A stretch of DNA of 64,000 bases from Raja brachyura (Eukaryota). Under the pieces are notes generated by a model. It was not told where the DNA came from. It ran no database searches and saw only the letters and a program-made list of their open reading frames with translations. Made by a program: the position numbers and the translations under genes. The stretch is taken from contig OY740793.1 of assembly GCA_963514005.1 (NCBI GenBank), positions 57,226,001-57,290,000 on the forward strand, in the 5' to 3' direction. Shown piece by piece: positions 51,151-64,000 of this stretch (its first letter is position 1; each line of letters starts with the position of its first letter).

Positions 51151-52353
51151 ATAAACGAGTTCGGTATTCCGACTGCGCATGCCCAGGTCATAGGTCACTT
51201 GCGTTGTGTGCAAGCCTGTGTTTCGTCCATGGACAGGGGAGGGACTGGGTCTCTGGCGCTGCGAGCGCTGTTGAGTTGCTGCTGGGCCGTTCCCGTCTCC
51301 TCCTGGGAGTCCTGTCCCTGTCCGGGGGTGTCCTGGGCTGGTGGGGCGATGGTGGCTCCGGCTCCCGGGGAGTCCGTTCCCCGGCGGGCCGTGGACCGTC
51401 GGCTGCGCCTCTCGCCTTGTCCAGTGGCTGTCAGTTGGCCCCCTCATTGCTGGCGGGGGCCGAGCGCCGGTCATCGGCGGGGATGCACACGGTGTGATAC
51501 GGTGGCTCGGCGGTTCAGCCAACATCTCTGGAGAAGGGTCTCGACCCGAAACGTCACCCATTCCTTTTCTCCGGGGATGCTACCTGACCCGCTGAGTTGC
51601 TGCAGCATTTTGTGTGTGTCCTCGTTGATGGCTAGTGCTTGGCTTTCGCCAGTGCCGGAGGTTTGGCGGGCGGCCACTGGTTGGGGCGGGGTTGTGGCTG
51701 GCGGACCCTGGCCCATCGTGGAGTGGGTTCCTCGGGAGTTGGAGCGGGGTTGGCCTGGAGTTGCCGCTTCTTCTCCTCGCTGGCGATGGGCATGTGGGCC
51801 GCTGCTCATCCGGGCCATTGTCTCATTGGTCCGGGTCTGTTGGGCGGCCCGGCAGGACAGGCGGAGTTGAGCTGGGGTTGGCGCTTCTCCGTGCTGGCTG
51901 TGGGCCTGGGGGCACTGCTCCGGGCTGGTGTCCCGTCGGTCCGGACAGCTCTGGCCACCCCATGGGCGAGGATGGGACACTCGCGGGGGGGAGGTACCAG
52001 GACAGTCCAGTGGCGGTTCGGCAGCGCTTGTGGCGCCGGGGACACGAGTTCGATACTGGCTTCGGATGAGGCACTGTGTGCATGCAGCTGCCGAGAATGT
52101 CTCTCCGCCGGTCACAGTCGTGCCCCCCCCCACCCGTCTCCCATTCGCATCTGCCCCCTCTATCTCGCTGTTACACCCCACTCTCCCGCTACCTGACACC
52201 CCCGTTTCTCAGATTAAGTATATTTTTAATATAAATCATGAATAAAGATAAGAATTTATACAGTCAACGCTTCGTTCACTTGTTCTTTATAGCAAGTGAC
52301 CTTTGAAAAATCCCATGATTCCTTGCGTTTTTCGGAATACCGAACTCGCTTAT
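51151..52353. mobile_element. Unclassified GC-rich non-autonomous DNA element with 22-bp TIRs
   Basis: ataaacgagttcggtattccga (51151-51172) vs tcggaataccgaactcgcttat (52332-52353), 21/22 complementary. Contains a Penelope repeat fragment at ~51520-51620. Confidence 0.75.
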
Positions 52354-52419
52354 AGACAAGGCGCAGGCCTTCACTCCACTACTGAGCATACTGTGTTTTT
52401 ATTGAAAGTGAGCTGATTT

Positions 52420-52738
52420 GGACTTTATCTCTAAAGTCTTTATCTCAAACTTTAGAGCTATAGTCAGAAACATGTCCTTCGGCACACCGAGTCCGCACCG
52501 ACCAACGATCACTAACACTATCCTACACACACTAGGGACAATTTACAATTTTACCAAAGCCAATTAACTTACAAACCTGTACGTCTTTGGAGTGAGGGAG
52601 CCAGAGCATCTGGAGAAAACCCATGCAGTTACAGAGAGAACGTATAAACTCCATACGGACAGCACCCGTAGTCAGGATCGAACCCAGGTCTCTGATGCTG
52701 TAAGGCCCCACCTCTATTGCTGCGCCACTGTGCTGCCC
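52420..52738 (-). mobile_element. HE1-like V-SINE, near full length
   Basis: On -: gggcagcacagtggcgcagcaatagag...ctgggttcgatcctgactacgggtgctgtc, V-domain, CR1-like tail. Confidence 0.82.
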
Positions 52739-55700
52739 AAATGTGATGTGGAGTCCAACATCAGAATCCTGCCTCCGGCAGATCATCCAAGATAAGAACA
52801 TGGCTGATAAGTTTAAGAACTGACCAGAAGTTCAAGTGTCACCACCCAATTGATCTAGACCCCAACCATCCTCACATCCACTGTCCAGACCTGACCCTAA
52901 CGCTCCCTTACTAATACTTTGCACACCGGCCCTCTAGGCACCTCTGCTTTTCTAACCAGACTTCTGACCCACATGCTCTCCTTCATGGGTAGACAAGACC
53001 TCCAGCATTCAAAATAAGCAAGGCTTGATATGAAACACATAGTGCCTTGGGCCTTATGTGCTGTGAAATATTGCAACAGCAGGCCCATGAATAAAACATT
53101 AATTGGTCCACTGTCCACTGCCTATTTAACACATCTCTTCTGGTGTCGATCAATTTCCAGGCCTTTAATTTCACTACACAGGGCTTTGTATATTAAACTC
53201 ATTGAATAAGAATCGCTTATTGGTTCATACAAATCTTTGAATCAATGTTAATAATAGCAATGTGAATTCCTGATGAGATCAATGCCTAATAAAAGCTAAA
53301 TCTTTATTGGAAATTTCTATTTGTGATTAAATGGAAGGAAATGACTGCAGCTGGAAATGTTATGCAACAATATATCAATCCTAATGTATAAAGTATGTGC
53401 TTCTTTATTTGGACTTAGTCACATGGTAACACTGACTCAACCGTTAGCAACCACTGCATGATGATGTGTAAAATGTTGTACTTTTTGTTTAAGAGCTCTC
53501 AGAATTCCAACCGAAATGCAATTTGCAAATGTCCTAGTTAACATTTTTACATAGTCTATGAAACTGTACATCATTATTAAATTCCTGCTATTTTTCAGGT
53601 CAGCCATTTATACATTTGTTCGCCCAACTTTAAAACATTTATATAAAAAAATCTAAAATATGTCATGGTAAAAATAGGTATTGTTAAGATGAGGAAACTA
53701 GAATGGGTAAATGGAGGGTGGAGGAATTATAAATGTTTCTCGTATGATATTGCAAAGTGACAAAGACTTTATTGACTCATGTGAATATAATTTTTATGGC
53801 ATTTATTTGTGCAGGAAATAATGGTAAATAAAGTCTCTTTATGGTAAATAAGAGTACAGTTATGCAGCTATTTATTTTTCTCTTTCCTTTAAATTACTTG
53901 ATAAGCTGTCCTACCTTTTTCCTTTTGGCTTCTCTTTATATTAGGACCATTATCGTGATCAGCAATCTCTCCTTCTCTCGGCTGACCAGCTGTTGGCAAA
54001 GAATCATAATATTCCACAGTTTATCCACCCGAACCAGTACTGGAATTTTAGTTTAGCCATTCACATTTTTCCTTATTCTCCCAAATACCAGGCATTAAAC
54101 ATCGTAGTAACCTGAAGTCTGGAGACCAATTTCTTAAGGGGGTAAAATGCATTTACATCAAAACAATCTTTTTCTCCCCAAAGATAATAGTTGAACACAA
54201 ATTCCACAAACTCACTAAAAATTTAGATGGCAATGCAATGCCATGTTCTTGGATGAGATATAGTTCTCTCCTGCTGATTATGGTTTTAAGGATACCACTT
54301 ACGTACAAAAATCACTATGGAAAATCATGAGAAACTCATCATTAGAATAATGATGCAATTTCCAGGGAAAATGACCACTTTTAAAAATAATTAAATAAAA
54401 AATGTTTGTACTAAAATATTAACATTTTAGTGTAACATCACAGCCATAGTTACAAAATGTTCTTAATAGAGAATTAACATTCTGTAATTGATTTTGAAAT
54501 TATTTCTAATTATTTTTGCGGAGCCCCTAAATGAACTATATTTAAAGGCTTACAATTTCCTGTGAATAATTTCTGTTTATTTAACATGATATACAGTAAT
54601 ATTGGAAATGATCCTTACAGACCATTACATTTATTGTTATTCTTGTACTAAAATGATTGGGAATTGAAATGCAAATACAGCAGGGTTTCCAATGAACAGT
54701 TGTTCTGCCTCAACCTGCCCAATTACTGACCATGCAATGAAGGTGACAAATGCCCTCAAATTTGTGTGTACATGTGCCGATTTTTCCAGCAAAATTAGCA
54801 AGGCATTTTTGCTTGTTACACTCAAGATGCGAATTGGATCATTGTAAATGAAGTTTTTTTTCCAGTGATTGGTTCAAATCTTGTGTGAACAGAGCAAAAA
54901 GAAAATCACAACAAACTAGAAAAATAATACATTAATTAAGGAAGAATACTGTCATACAGATGCTCAGTGAGCAACTAAAATAGATGTGCAATTAAACTGT
55001 GTTTGTGAGTAATAGTCATAGAGTGATACAGTATGGAAACATCCGGCCAAACTCCAGCCAACATTTCACAGCTTCACTAGTAGCTGCAATCTGCAAAATC
55101 TTAGATTATCAAACACAAAGCTAGTAAAAAATATATAAAAACACCTTTAAGAAAGTTGAGAAGTGATCTTTAATGCTATATTATTTGCTGTGTTTTGAAA
55201 TGACATTGTGGTAGCTTTGTGAACTTCTGAGAGGTTTAAGCTCTCTGATTGGCCCAAACAGGCTGGAGCATCCAGCATACATCAGACCCATACCCTCCAA
55301 AGCTGATTAAATAATAAACCAAGTCTTTCCAAGTCAACCCCTCCTGCACTCTATTGTTGTAACTGGAAACTTGCAGTGTGGAGAAAAAAAGGAAATTATA
55401 TTTAGGACATTTCATACACATCAACAAAGTTGGAGTAAGATATGAACTTGTGTGAAGAATTAGATGCGTTATCACGAGACAGTCTATTGGTTGTCTAGAT
55501 TGTAGTGCTATGCTGGTCTATGTTTTTGAGCTTCCGATATACAGTTTGAAACTACATCCTCTAGTTCGGAAGTAACTGCTATTACTGACCCAAGAAGTCA
55601 ATGGTTACAAAATATCTTGTTGTGGGATTATGCAACAGGTGATTATTTTACCTTCCCCATCACTACATGACTATCCTTCTCCATTCCCTACCTTTTCATT

Positions 55701-57162
55701 CCCATTTCTATTGTTATCTCTACCCATATAAATTATATGTTCAGTCCCTTGAAATTTCTCTTAGATAATCCAACCCACTGTTCTTTTTTAATTTCACCTC
55801 CTCACAGCTGGTAATGTAGAAGCATAAGGCTCCATGTCCTTAAAGTTATTTACCTCTTAGATTCCTCCAGCTTCTATCAGCGATCATTTGGGGTTAATTT
55901 TGAACTAACATTAAATTAAGGAAGACATTTTTTTCTATCTACCTTTCTGACAGACCAGCCATCTATTGCACTTACTCTTAACCTGGTTTGCTCAGTTTTC
56001 TTTCTGTATTTCTTACATCAACGGTGCCTCAGCTAAGCATATGCTTTAAAATTCCTAAAAATATAGCAAACTAACTTTAACAATGCATGTGCAGTCATCT
56101 TCTGGTGATTCATTTCCCCACTATGTCCTCCCATTCCAATATCATAAAATTCATATAAAATAACAATGTAACCTTCAAACCTTTTGTAATCTGCACCTAT
56201 ATTTCAAAATTACACGAGTACAAGCTGTCCAACAGGAAGCTAAGGAAGTGAGCAATCATGTTAGTTGACCGAGAAATAGCAACATGTCCTGGAGCATTCA
56301 GCCAAATAGACAGGTTGCAACTGTACAATCAAAATTCAGCTCATTCAAAGCCAGCATTTTGGAGAGGCCGAAACCATTAATATTAAGCTCAATTATAACA
56401 TTAAAATGCATTATGTCACACTGATCATTTTAATCATGACCGTGAATTAGCTTTAAAAAATTCAAATTTGTATAAATTCTTCATGTTGATCAACATACAT
56501 GACTTTTGTCGAGAGAGTGAGAAAAAATAGTAAATGAGGAAATTAGTTTTTAAGTGCCTCAGGCTCCAGGTTGTTTCTCACAGTGGCAAGATGACATAAC
56601 CAAACCATATTAGAACTATGGGCACAGGAACTTAGACAGGGCCAATGTTAGAACAAAGAAAATACAGATGACTGTACACATAACCAAAATTAATATAGAT
56701 TTTCAATATTAAGTGATTGGTATAATTGGTGCTTACTCTGCAGTTTCTGTAGAAATCTTTATATAAATGTCTCTTCAAATGCTAGTGTGGAGGAGTGCAG
56801 CCCCAATTACAACTGTTTGACTTATGGTCTCAATGATATGGGAAATTTTTGAAATTGTGTATAATGTTTTTGATAGATTTATGCTTTTTAACATGACTTA
56901 TTTTTTCCTGTCAATCTACTGAACATTAAATAGCTAATTTTAAGCTTTGAAGCATTTACATCATTTGTATCTATTCCATATCTCTTTTGCCATGGGTTCA
57001 ACATATGTATATTATACGTGCAAGATAGTCTAGCTACCCCAAAAAAAGCGATTAAAGGTGATTCAAGGTGATTAAAACCATCCTGGAGTGCGATTCTTGT
57101 TGAAATTTAGCAGACATTTTTTCTATCTTCATTGTCGTAGGGTTGGCCAACATTAAAGTATA

Positions 57163-57414
57163 GATAGACACAAAAAGCTGGAGTAACTCAGCGGGTCAGA
57201 CAGCATGTCTGGAGAAAAGAAATCGGTGCCGTTTCTGGTTGAGACCCTTCTTCAGACTGAGAGTCCTTTCCCCCCGACTCAGTCTGAAGAAGGGGCTCGA
57301 CCCAAAACATCATCTATTCCATTTCTCCAGAGATCCTGTCTGACCCGCTGAGTTACTCCAGCTTTTTGTGTCTATCTTCGGTTTTTAACCAGCATCTGTA
57401 ATTCCTTCCTACAT
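57163..57414. mobile_element. Palindromic Penelope-derived insertion ~175 nt from a DACH2 donor site
   Basis: ~100-bp inverted arms (57163-57262 / 57277-57377). Degenerate TSD attaaagtatagat / actaaagcatagat. Confidence 0.85.
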
Positions 57415-57588
57415 ACTAAAGCATAGATCATGAGTAACTCTACAATAATTTATGAAAGGTTACACAACCTGTATTTGAAACCTAGGGGAAATTCTCACAC
57501 AACAAGCAAATCTAACACACAAGCAAGAGCAGAAATCACTGGACCACGTGTAATGGTTCAAAATGTACAACAAGAGGAACTTGCTTAC

Positions 57589-57724
57589 ATATTCTGTCAG
57601 AGGCAATATCATGTTGGGATGGTGAACTAGATATACTGCTGCTCTGGTGTGAAGAAGGGTGACTTCCAGGCCGTTGAATATCTTCAAGGGATGGTTCTGG
57701 GGATGGGCTATTATGAACCCGCTC
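57589..57724 (-). CDS. DACH2: DACH2-like internal coding exon, 136 nt, ERVHNSPSPEPSLEDIQRPGSHPSSHQSSSISSSPSQHDIASDRI
   Basis: Matches the DACH ERxPxSPSPAPSLEE..RPGSHPSSH.SSS segment. Acceptor ttttgttctgccaccAG|GAG, donor T|GTaagc; phase 0 to 1, in frame with the upstream exon. Confidence 0.92.
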
Positions 57725-60700
57725 CTGGTGGCAGAACAAAAATTCAAGAGGTTGTCCAAGTAGATGAGTGTAACCTTTACCGGCCTGTAGTGGCATTCCC
57801 TACATTCCGAAATATAAGGTTAATTTTCATTATTCATTCAGGTTTGTAAACACTTTAGTATATTGTTTCCTTTTATGATGAAAACACTAAGGTTTGATAA
57901 TTCTACAAATCTCTATGCCACTATGGGTTACAATGAAAAATCACTTTGACAATCATATTTGTTAATATCTTAAAATCAATATATTTTCTGCTTATATTTA
58001 CGTCTTCATTTGTTGTAAACAAAACACAAAGAGAAGGGACGTTTCCACATGAATGCATTATCCAAGGCATACAATGAAAAATAATTTACTCAGAATAAAA
58101 CTTACTCATAATTATGGTGGTCCTATTCTATAAAATTCATTCTCAGACTGCACTCAGTTTTATACAGTAAATCATTCCCACCTCCATTACTTTTTAATCT
58201 GTGCAGGCCGTATTCCAACATAATTAAATTTGAACTGGTATAGCCCATGTTATACTCCATATGCCTCAGGTCTGGTGGAATACTTACTGTATGTTGGTGA
58301 AAATAAAGTTGAGCAAGAAAAATAACAGGAATAGTAATTTGGGAGCTCTTGTTGGACCCCCAAGAAGATCAGTGTATGTCTGGTAGGCTCATGTTTTGTT
58401 CCCTTCAATGGGAAAGATCAGCAGTTTTAATAAGCATGTTTGATGGAGACTATCATAGCAAAAGAACATTTCACAAATAAAACGAGGAAATCATTTCACT
58501 CCACGGAGTATTATTGGATAATGGCCTCCACCTTTCATCCACTCAAATGACTGAGGAAAAATACAGGAGGAATTATCAAGGAGTTTTGAGTTGGAGTAGT
58601 GGGATATAGGGCTGACACAAGTAGAGACATTGATTTATGACAAAAAATTGTTAATGCTGTTAGATTGTCATATCACTCAGAATAAATCTGTATGTCTTTC
58701 ATTGAATGAAGCTAATGGACATTGTTTGATTTGCTTTCAAATGATATGAGTTAATTGCTCTGTTGTTTGACAAAAAATGTACTCAAAGTCGCTTCTGTAA
58801 GATAGTTGGACATTCAGTTATCTGTTGATAGGGTAACATCAAATAGGAGTTTGCTTGCGTTTGCTTTTAACATTGACAAAATGGCCACCCGACATTCTAT
58901 TCTCTGATTGGGTGAATAAAAAATCTCTGAGCCATTTCCCAACAAATAAAAGGTCAATTATTTCAAGGCATGTCCCATGTTGCAATTGATGAAGCTTACG
59001 TAAAGGTTATGTTAAATTTTCAAATAAACACAGGATGGCTTTTTAAAATATATATATAAATTGTTACATGAATCTGAGATAAAGTGAAATATTTTTAAAC
59101 AATCAATTAAAGCGAAGGCCGTTAGTAAATGATGGCACTGTGGTTCAAAAGAGTGAAAGGGGTGATAAAGCAAGTGGCCCCAAAGCTTAAAGCATTATGA
59201 TTATAGCAGGAAGGTAGGGAATTCCAACATTTTAAGATTGTGGGACAATATTAGGAGTCTGACGTCATCGGGAGGACAAAAGTGCATATTGTACAATATT
59301 GCTGGTGACAAGGAGAAATGGAAGCGGGAAATTTAAGAACAAAAGCAGAAAAGTTTGTACAGAAAGTATGAAATAGAATGTTCACATTACCAGTGCAATG
59401 TCAATTTTTAGGAAGTGACAAGAAACATTCAGGATGACTTTCCCAGATCCAAGGAAAGCTCCTGGAGGGATAAGAACTAACAATTACTGTAAGTGAGGAG
59501 GACAATTGAGAATGCATGAGCAATTGGGACGTATTATTTTCAGTGAAAGGATATTCCGGGTCAATTTTGTAGTGCATCGCCTAAAATGGTAGCGGAATAT
59601 ATCCTTTAAATTCCCGGCCTCAGGCTCCTGGAATACCTTTTATTCTAAGAGCCAACATTCACATTTACAAATTCAGTAGAAACAGAAATTAATTTGGGCC
59701 TCAAGATGAAAATATATCCAAATGCTTTATTTTGCAACAACTAAATTTAATCTATATTAATTGTACTTTTGACAGTCCATGTTGACTGAAGAGGTTCCTG
59801 CAGGCAAGCAGTGAATGTACACCCAAATAAACATGTGAGATCATGTGTTTCCATGATGGCCCTTTTGACCCTTGCAGGAAATAAGCTTGCATTTAGCAGA
59901 CTTGAACTGACTGGGCATTTGCCAGAAATATCTTGAATGAGCATAACATAAATTGCATTAGTGGGATTATTTTAATCAACTATCTGGATAGTGAGCTGGT
60001 GCTTGCTAATTCTGGCAGAGTTCCCCCTCAAAATAAAATTGCAAACTGCTAGTGCCCATATTCTTAAAGTGGCAGTGCACTACAGAAATGCATATGAGCT
60101 CTAATTCAGTGGAGTGTCACACTATAAGCAAAGAATCCACCTTTTTTAAAACAATTTTTTAATTTCTATTCTTGATTTCTCCATAAAATCTATTTACCTT
60201 TGGAGACAGATTGACTGCTCATTATTTTACAGCAGCTTCTAATAATTTATCTGAGGACAACTTATTTCCAAAAGTTGCCTGGTAAAGAATTGTGCTCCAA
60301 TTGTCTCCTAATCTAACTTTACATCTGCTATGTGTTTTGCACAGATGCAGTGTCCTATTGTATTCATTACAATTAATGTATTTTCATTTACAGCAGATTG
60401 CTTTCATATGCAATGGTTTATGGAGAGAAACATGGCAGCAATTTTCTTTACAGTAAAAACCCACAAAGAGCAGTTGGATGGATGACCAGTTAATCTGGCT
60501 GGGTCAATTGAATGCTGTCCAGGCCATTGGGACATCTCCCTGTTTTACTCTCAGCCATGTCTGGGAGATCTGAAAGCAACCAGCTGAGCCACAGTCTTTC
60601 ACATGATTATCCCTCGTGTGACACTAGAGAGTTGGTCACATTTCTATTCTCAGAATCTGCAATAAAGCTTGAATCCAAATTGTCTTGATGATGAGGCCAA

Positions 60701-63535
60701 GCTGATGCAAATCTATGCATGATATTGCTCCATTGATTCAGCTGCTTTTACCAAAGGGTGATTAAGTCTTAGAATGACAAAGATTGCTTCTGGGCCAGCG
60801 CTATGCTCACAGTTGGAGAGCTCTTTATACTAGCCCCAACAACTGTGGATTGGAGGGGAAATACTGCCCATATCATGATCTAGGCATTCAAGTTTGAACG
60901 TCAAGATCAGTACAAATTGAACCCTATTATAAACTGTCTACTGTAGCAGTTCCTCAATTTGACCATTGTAACAGAAGGCGAAAGGTGATCATAAAACAAG
61001 CTTTCAGCTGCCTTCGGTTCAGTGAATATTGAAATGGAGGAAATTGGTTGGGAAATAGAAGCAAAAATACTTGTGTGAACTAATTCCCAATATAAATTAA
61101 GTAGGATTCTGTATCATAGAATGAAACATCTGTGCCCCGAGGGATCATTTAAATATGATACTCGGCAACTATTTTAATGCCTTGTTATTTTAAGGCATGA
61201 CTAGTTTAGGAATTATGCTTAAGCATGTAACTAAACAAACCTATTATCAGTCAGTGAGCTAATGAGTCAATATGCATTTTGTTACTCAAGCCCTACATGC
61301 ATCGCCTCATTAGGTAACCACTATCCTGTGGAAGCCTGTTTTAAATCTGATAAGTAACTATATCATTTGCTAAATAAATCAAGTGACTAATGGTATGACA
61401 TTAAACCAAGCAATGAAAGCTTAACGATGAAAGTAATCATACATGTGTGAGCACTTGAAACTATCCGCCTGTGCAGAGAGAAAATACATCAAGTCTATTT
61501 ATTTCAAACCATTTTCTTTGGTTGGGATAAACAGAAAATATATATGGTGATACTATTGGCTTGTGTTGTTTAGGTATTGGTAATTCATTTTTTATCTTCA
61601 TATAATGGGTCACAATACTTTACATAGTACTTCTACAAAGCAAAACTAGGGTGTTAAGCTGATTTATTTAATTCTTTGATGTTGAGAGTAACATGTCTGC
61701 TTGGAATATCTGAATTTAGCTCAGCATTAAATCAAATGAAACCTGATTGTCCAACAGAGCAGGAAGACTAAATTTTGACTTAAGGATGAAATATCTGACC
61801 AAATAAAAATCCGTTTCTTTTCCTCTCAGTTGGGATCTTAACAATGTTAAGGTTTTTAATGCCAGATATAGCTTTGTCATGGGGAAAAGGACAAATCTCA
61901 CCCAATTATGAATGCAGATAACAAGGTTACTTGCCATTGCAGATGGTAGTGTTTTTATTTTTATATTATGTTTCCGACCATCAAAGCAACCAGTACCAGT
62001 TGTGACAGGTTTATGAAGGTTATGGTGATCACATTATCCTTTTGCTCCTAAACAAGGCTATTCTCCAAAGATTTGCACCATTACCTCCTGTCACTACAGG
62101 AAGGATTTTCAATACTGTACTGCGAAATGTATTGCATAGTATGAATTGATGTCATACTTTCAATGAATCTAATCTAAATTATATTCAGTTTGTAAAAGCG
62201 AAGAACTCTCATGCCATGGCCAACAATTAATTGGCAGACATCAGCTGTTACATCACTTGTTAATTTAATCAGATTTGCTCAACAATAATACATTTCTGCA
62301 GCATTTCAATGTAGCATAAAGGTAACATTCAAATGTTCATGTTTGGTTTGTTGTACTTGCTTTGTACACTGGTGGTGTTTTTTCAAGTAAGGTGCTGCTG
62401 TTCAGCTTCAGCTTAGCATGTTGGAAAAACAGCAATGTGAAGTTTGGCATGAAAAAGGATGGAACATTGGATGTTTCTTCATGCCCCCTGGTGGACACAT
62501 CAAATTGGCATTAGAGGGAGGCCCAAGAGTGGGTCACCAGTGTGTCTTCCCAGGTTTGAGTAACACCATTCAGAAAGACCACAAAACACAAATATTGGAA
62601 GATTAAATGCTAAGATTTTTTTGAAAAAGATTGGGGTTTTTTTTTAAATCAATTCTGCATCAGAATATAATGCATCAGCCAACTGCATTAATTCTATGGA
62701 AAAGGAGTGGCTAACATTTGTCAAAACATTGTAAGCTCTACATGAAAGCATTGGAGCATCAACTCTGTTTTACTGGACACAGTGACAAGAAGCTGCATGG
62801 CTAGTCACGCATAATCTTCTGCAGTTCTACTATTAAGGATTTTTTTTCAAGGAATAGCCTTGAGGCATTAGGGTGACCCAATTAATTCATACTTTTAGAA
62901 TACGAGTGGACTAGTTCTTAGAACTAGGATGAGCAAGTTTACCCACACTGCTATTCACATCACCCTGCCATCCTGCTGCCAACTCAATAAGGACAGATCC
63001 TTCTAATGTGCAGGGTCAGCAGTTTAAAATGATTATCAATTTCTATCAGCCATTTTGAAGCTTATCCAACAGTTTCTGCATTCCGTGCATCATTTTCCCC
63101 TCTACCTTCAGGACAGGACAAGAACCTGGAATCCCAAAGACTTAACTATCTACCATTTGATGCAGCTGTACTAATTTAAGAGATCTGCGATAGTATCAGC
63201 AATTTAGGGCTGCTCCTTTGAGGGAAGGCCCAACAGTTGTTATTATGGAGAAGCTGTGTGTGTTCAGTTACCACATCTGGATTTAAAATCAGATTTGCAG
63301 TCTACAAATTTCAGACCAGACTGCTATTAAATCATTAATGCAAGATTTTTTTTTTTTCAATTTTAACCTGGTGTATTCAATCCCATTATTCTTAAGTAAT
63401 ATTAGGTCACATCTTGATATGGACCAGCCTTTGGGGGGAAAAACAACATTCAACAGTTTAGACACTGATCAAGAAACAAAATGAAATACTGATGCCAGTT
63501 ATTTTAAGTGTAAATTGCAGTGGTTTCCGTCTTAC

Positions 63536-63708
63536 CTTGATAACAGAAGCTCCTGCTCTTGAGAGGGGACTGTGCATTTGGGCTGCCACTGCCATGTTAG
63601 CTATGGTGCTGAGGTGACTCATCTGGCTCATTGCCATGGTAACCGATGCAGGAGGTAGGCTGACAGGGATGAGGGGGTGGGGCATCATCATGAACGGCAA
63701 CTCGAGTC
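63536..63708 (-). CDS. DACH2: Dachshund homolog (DACH2-like) internal coding exon, 173 nt, (G)LELPFMMMPHPLIPVSLPPASVTMAMSQMSHLSTIANMAVAAQMHSPLSRAGASVIK
   Basis: Peptide matches the conserved vertebrate DACH segment. Acceptor ...tttaatataaaAG|GA, donor AAG|GTaaga; phase 1 to phase 0. HSPLSRAGxSVIK is DACH2-like. Confidence 0.93.
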
Positions 63709-64000
63709 CTTTTATATTAAAGAAACAGAAAAATAAGTTAGAATGTCTTTCAGTGACCTGTTTATTTTATTATATATCTGTTGCTGTGTTTCATCATCAG
63801 AGCTCTATTTTAACACTTTGTGATTATTGAATGAAAACTGCGAGGAGGTAATAAGTATTTATTCAATGTCTGTAACGTAACGATTGATGGTCATATGAGG
63901 AGTGTTTTTTCTGTTGCCTTCCAACTCTCATTCTGAGAGCAACAATTAATTATGCCTTAGTATCTGACCATTGCATTCTCCATTTGTTCATTACACCACA

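Noticed and set aside
51064-52245. Cluster of long overlapping ORFs (up to 242 aa) on both strands
   Set aside because: GC-rich, stop-poor interior of a TIR element. The products are low-complexity and show no recognisable domain.

Overview
Eukaryotic (vertebrate) genomic DNA, most likely a cartilaginous fish (skate/ray-like, inferred from HE1/V-SINE, CR1/HER1 and Penelope repeat content). The whole window lies inside a Dachshund-family gene, most like DACH2, transcribed on the - strand. Four phase-consistent internal coding exons are recoverable (63536-63708, 57589-57724, 8999-9144, 5461-5608), and one of them is absent from the supplied ORF track. The rest is intron, including one of up to ~48 kb, filled with nested transposon debris: CR1, Rex/Babar-like, L1-like and RTE-derived retroelements, V-SINEs, PIF/Harbinger-like MITEs, a composite non-autonomous Helitron and an unclassified GC-rich TIR element. 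It also holds a Neptune-type Penelope-like element (GIY-YIG) with many short, TSD-flanked, often palindromic derivatives carrying a minimal hammerhead-ribozyme core. Almost all other ORF-track entries are spurious. No prokaryotic system is present. Family names come from motif recognition by eye, not database searches.
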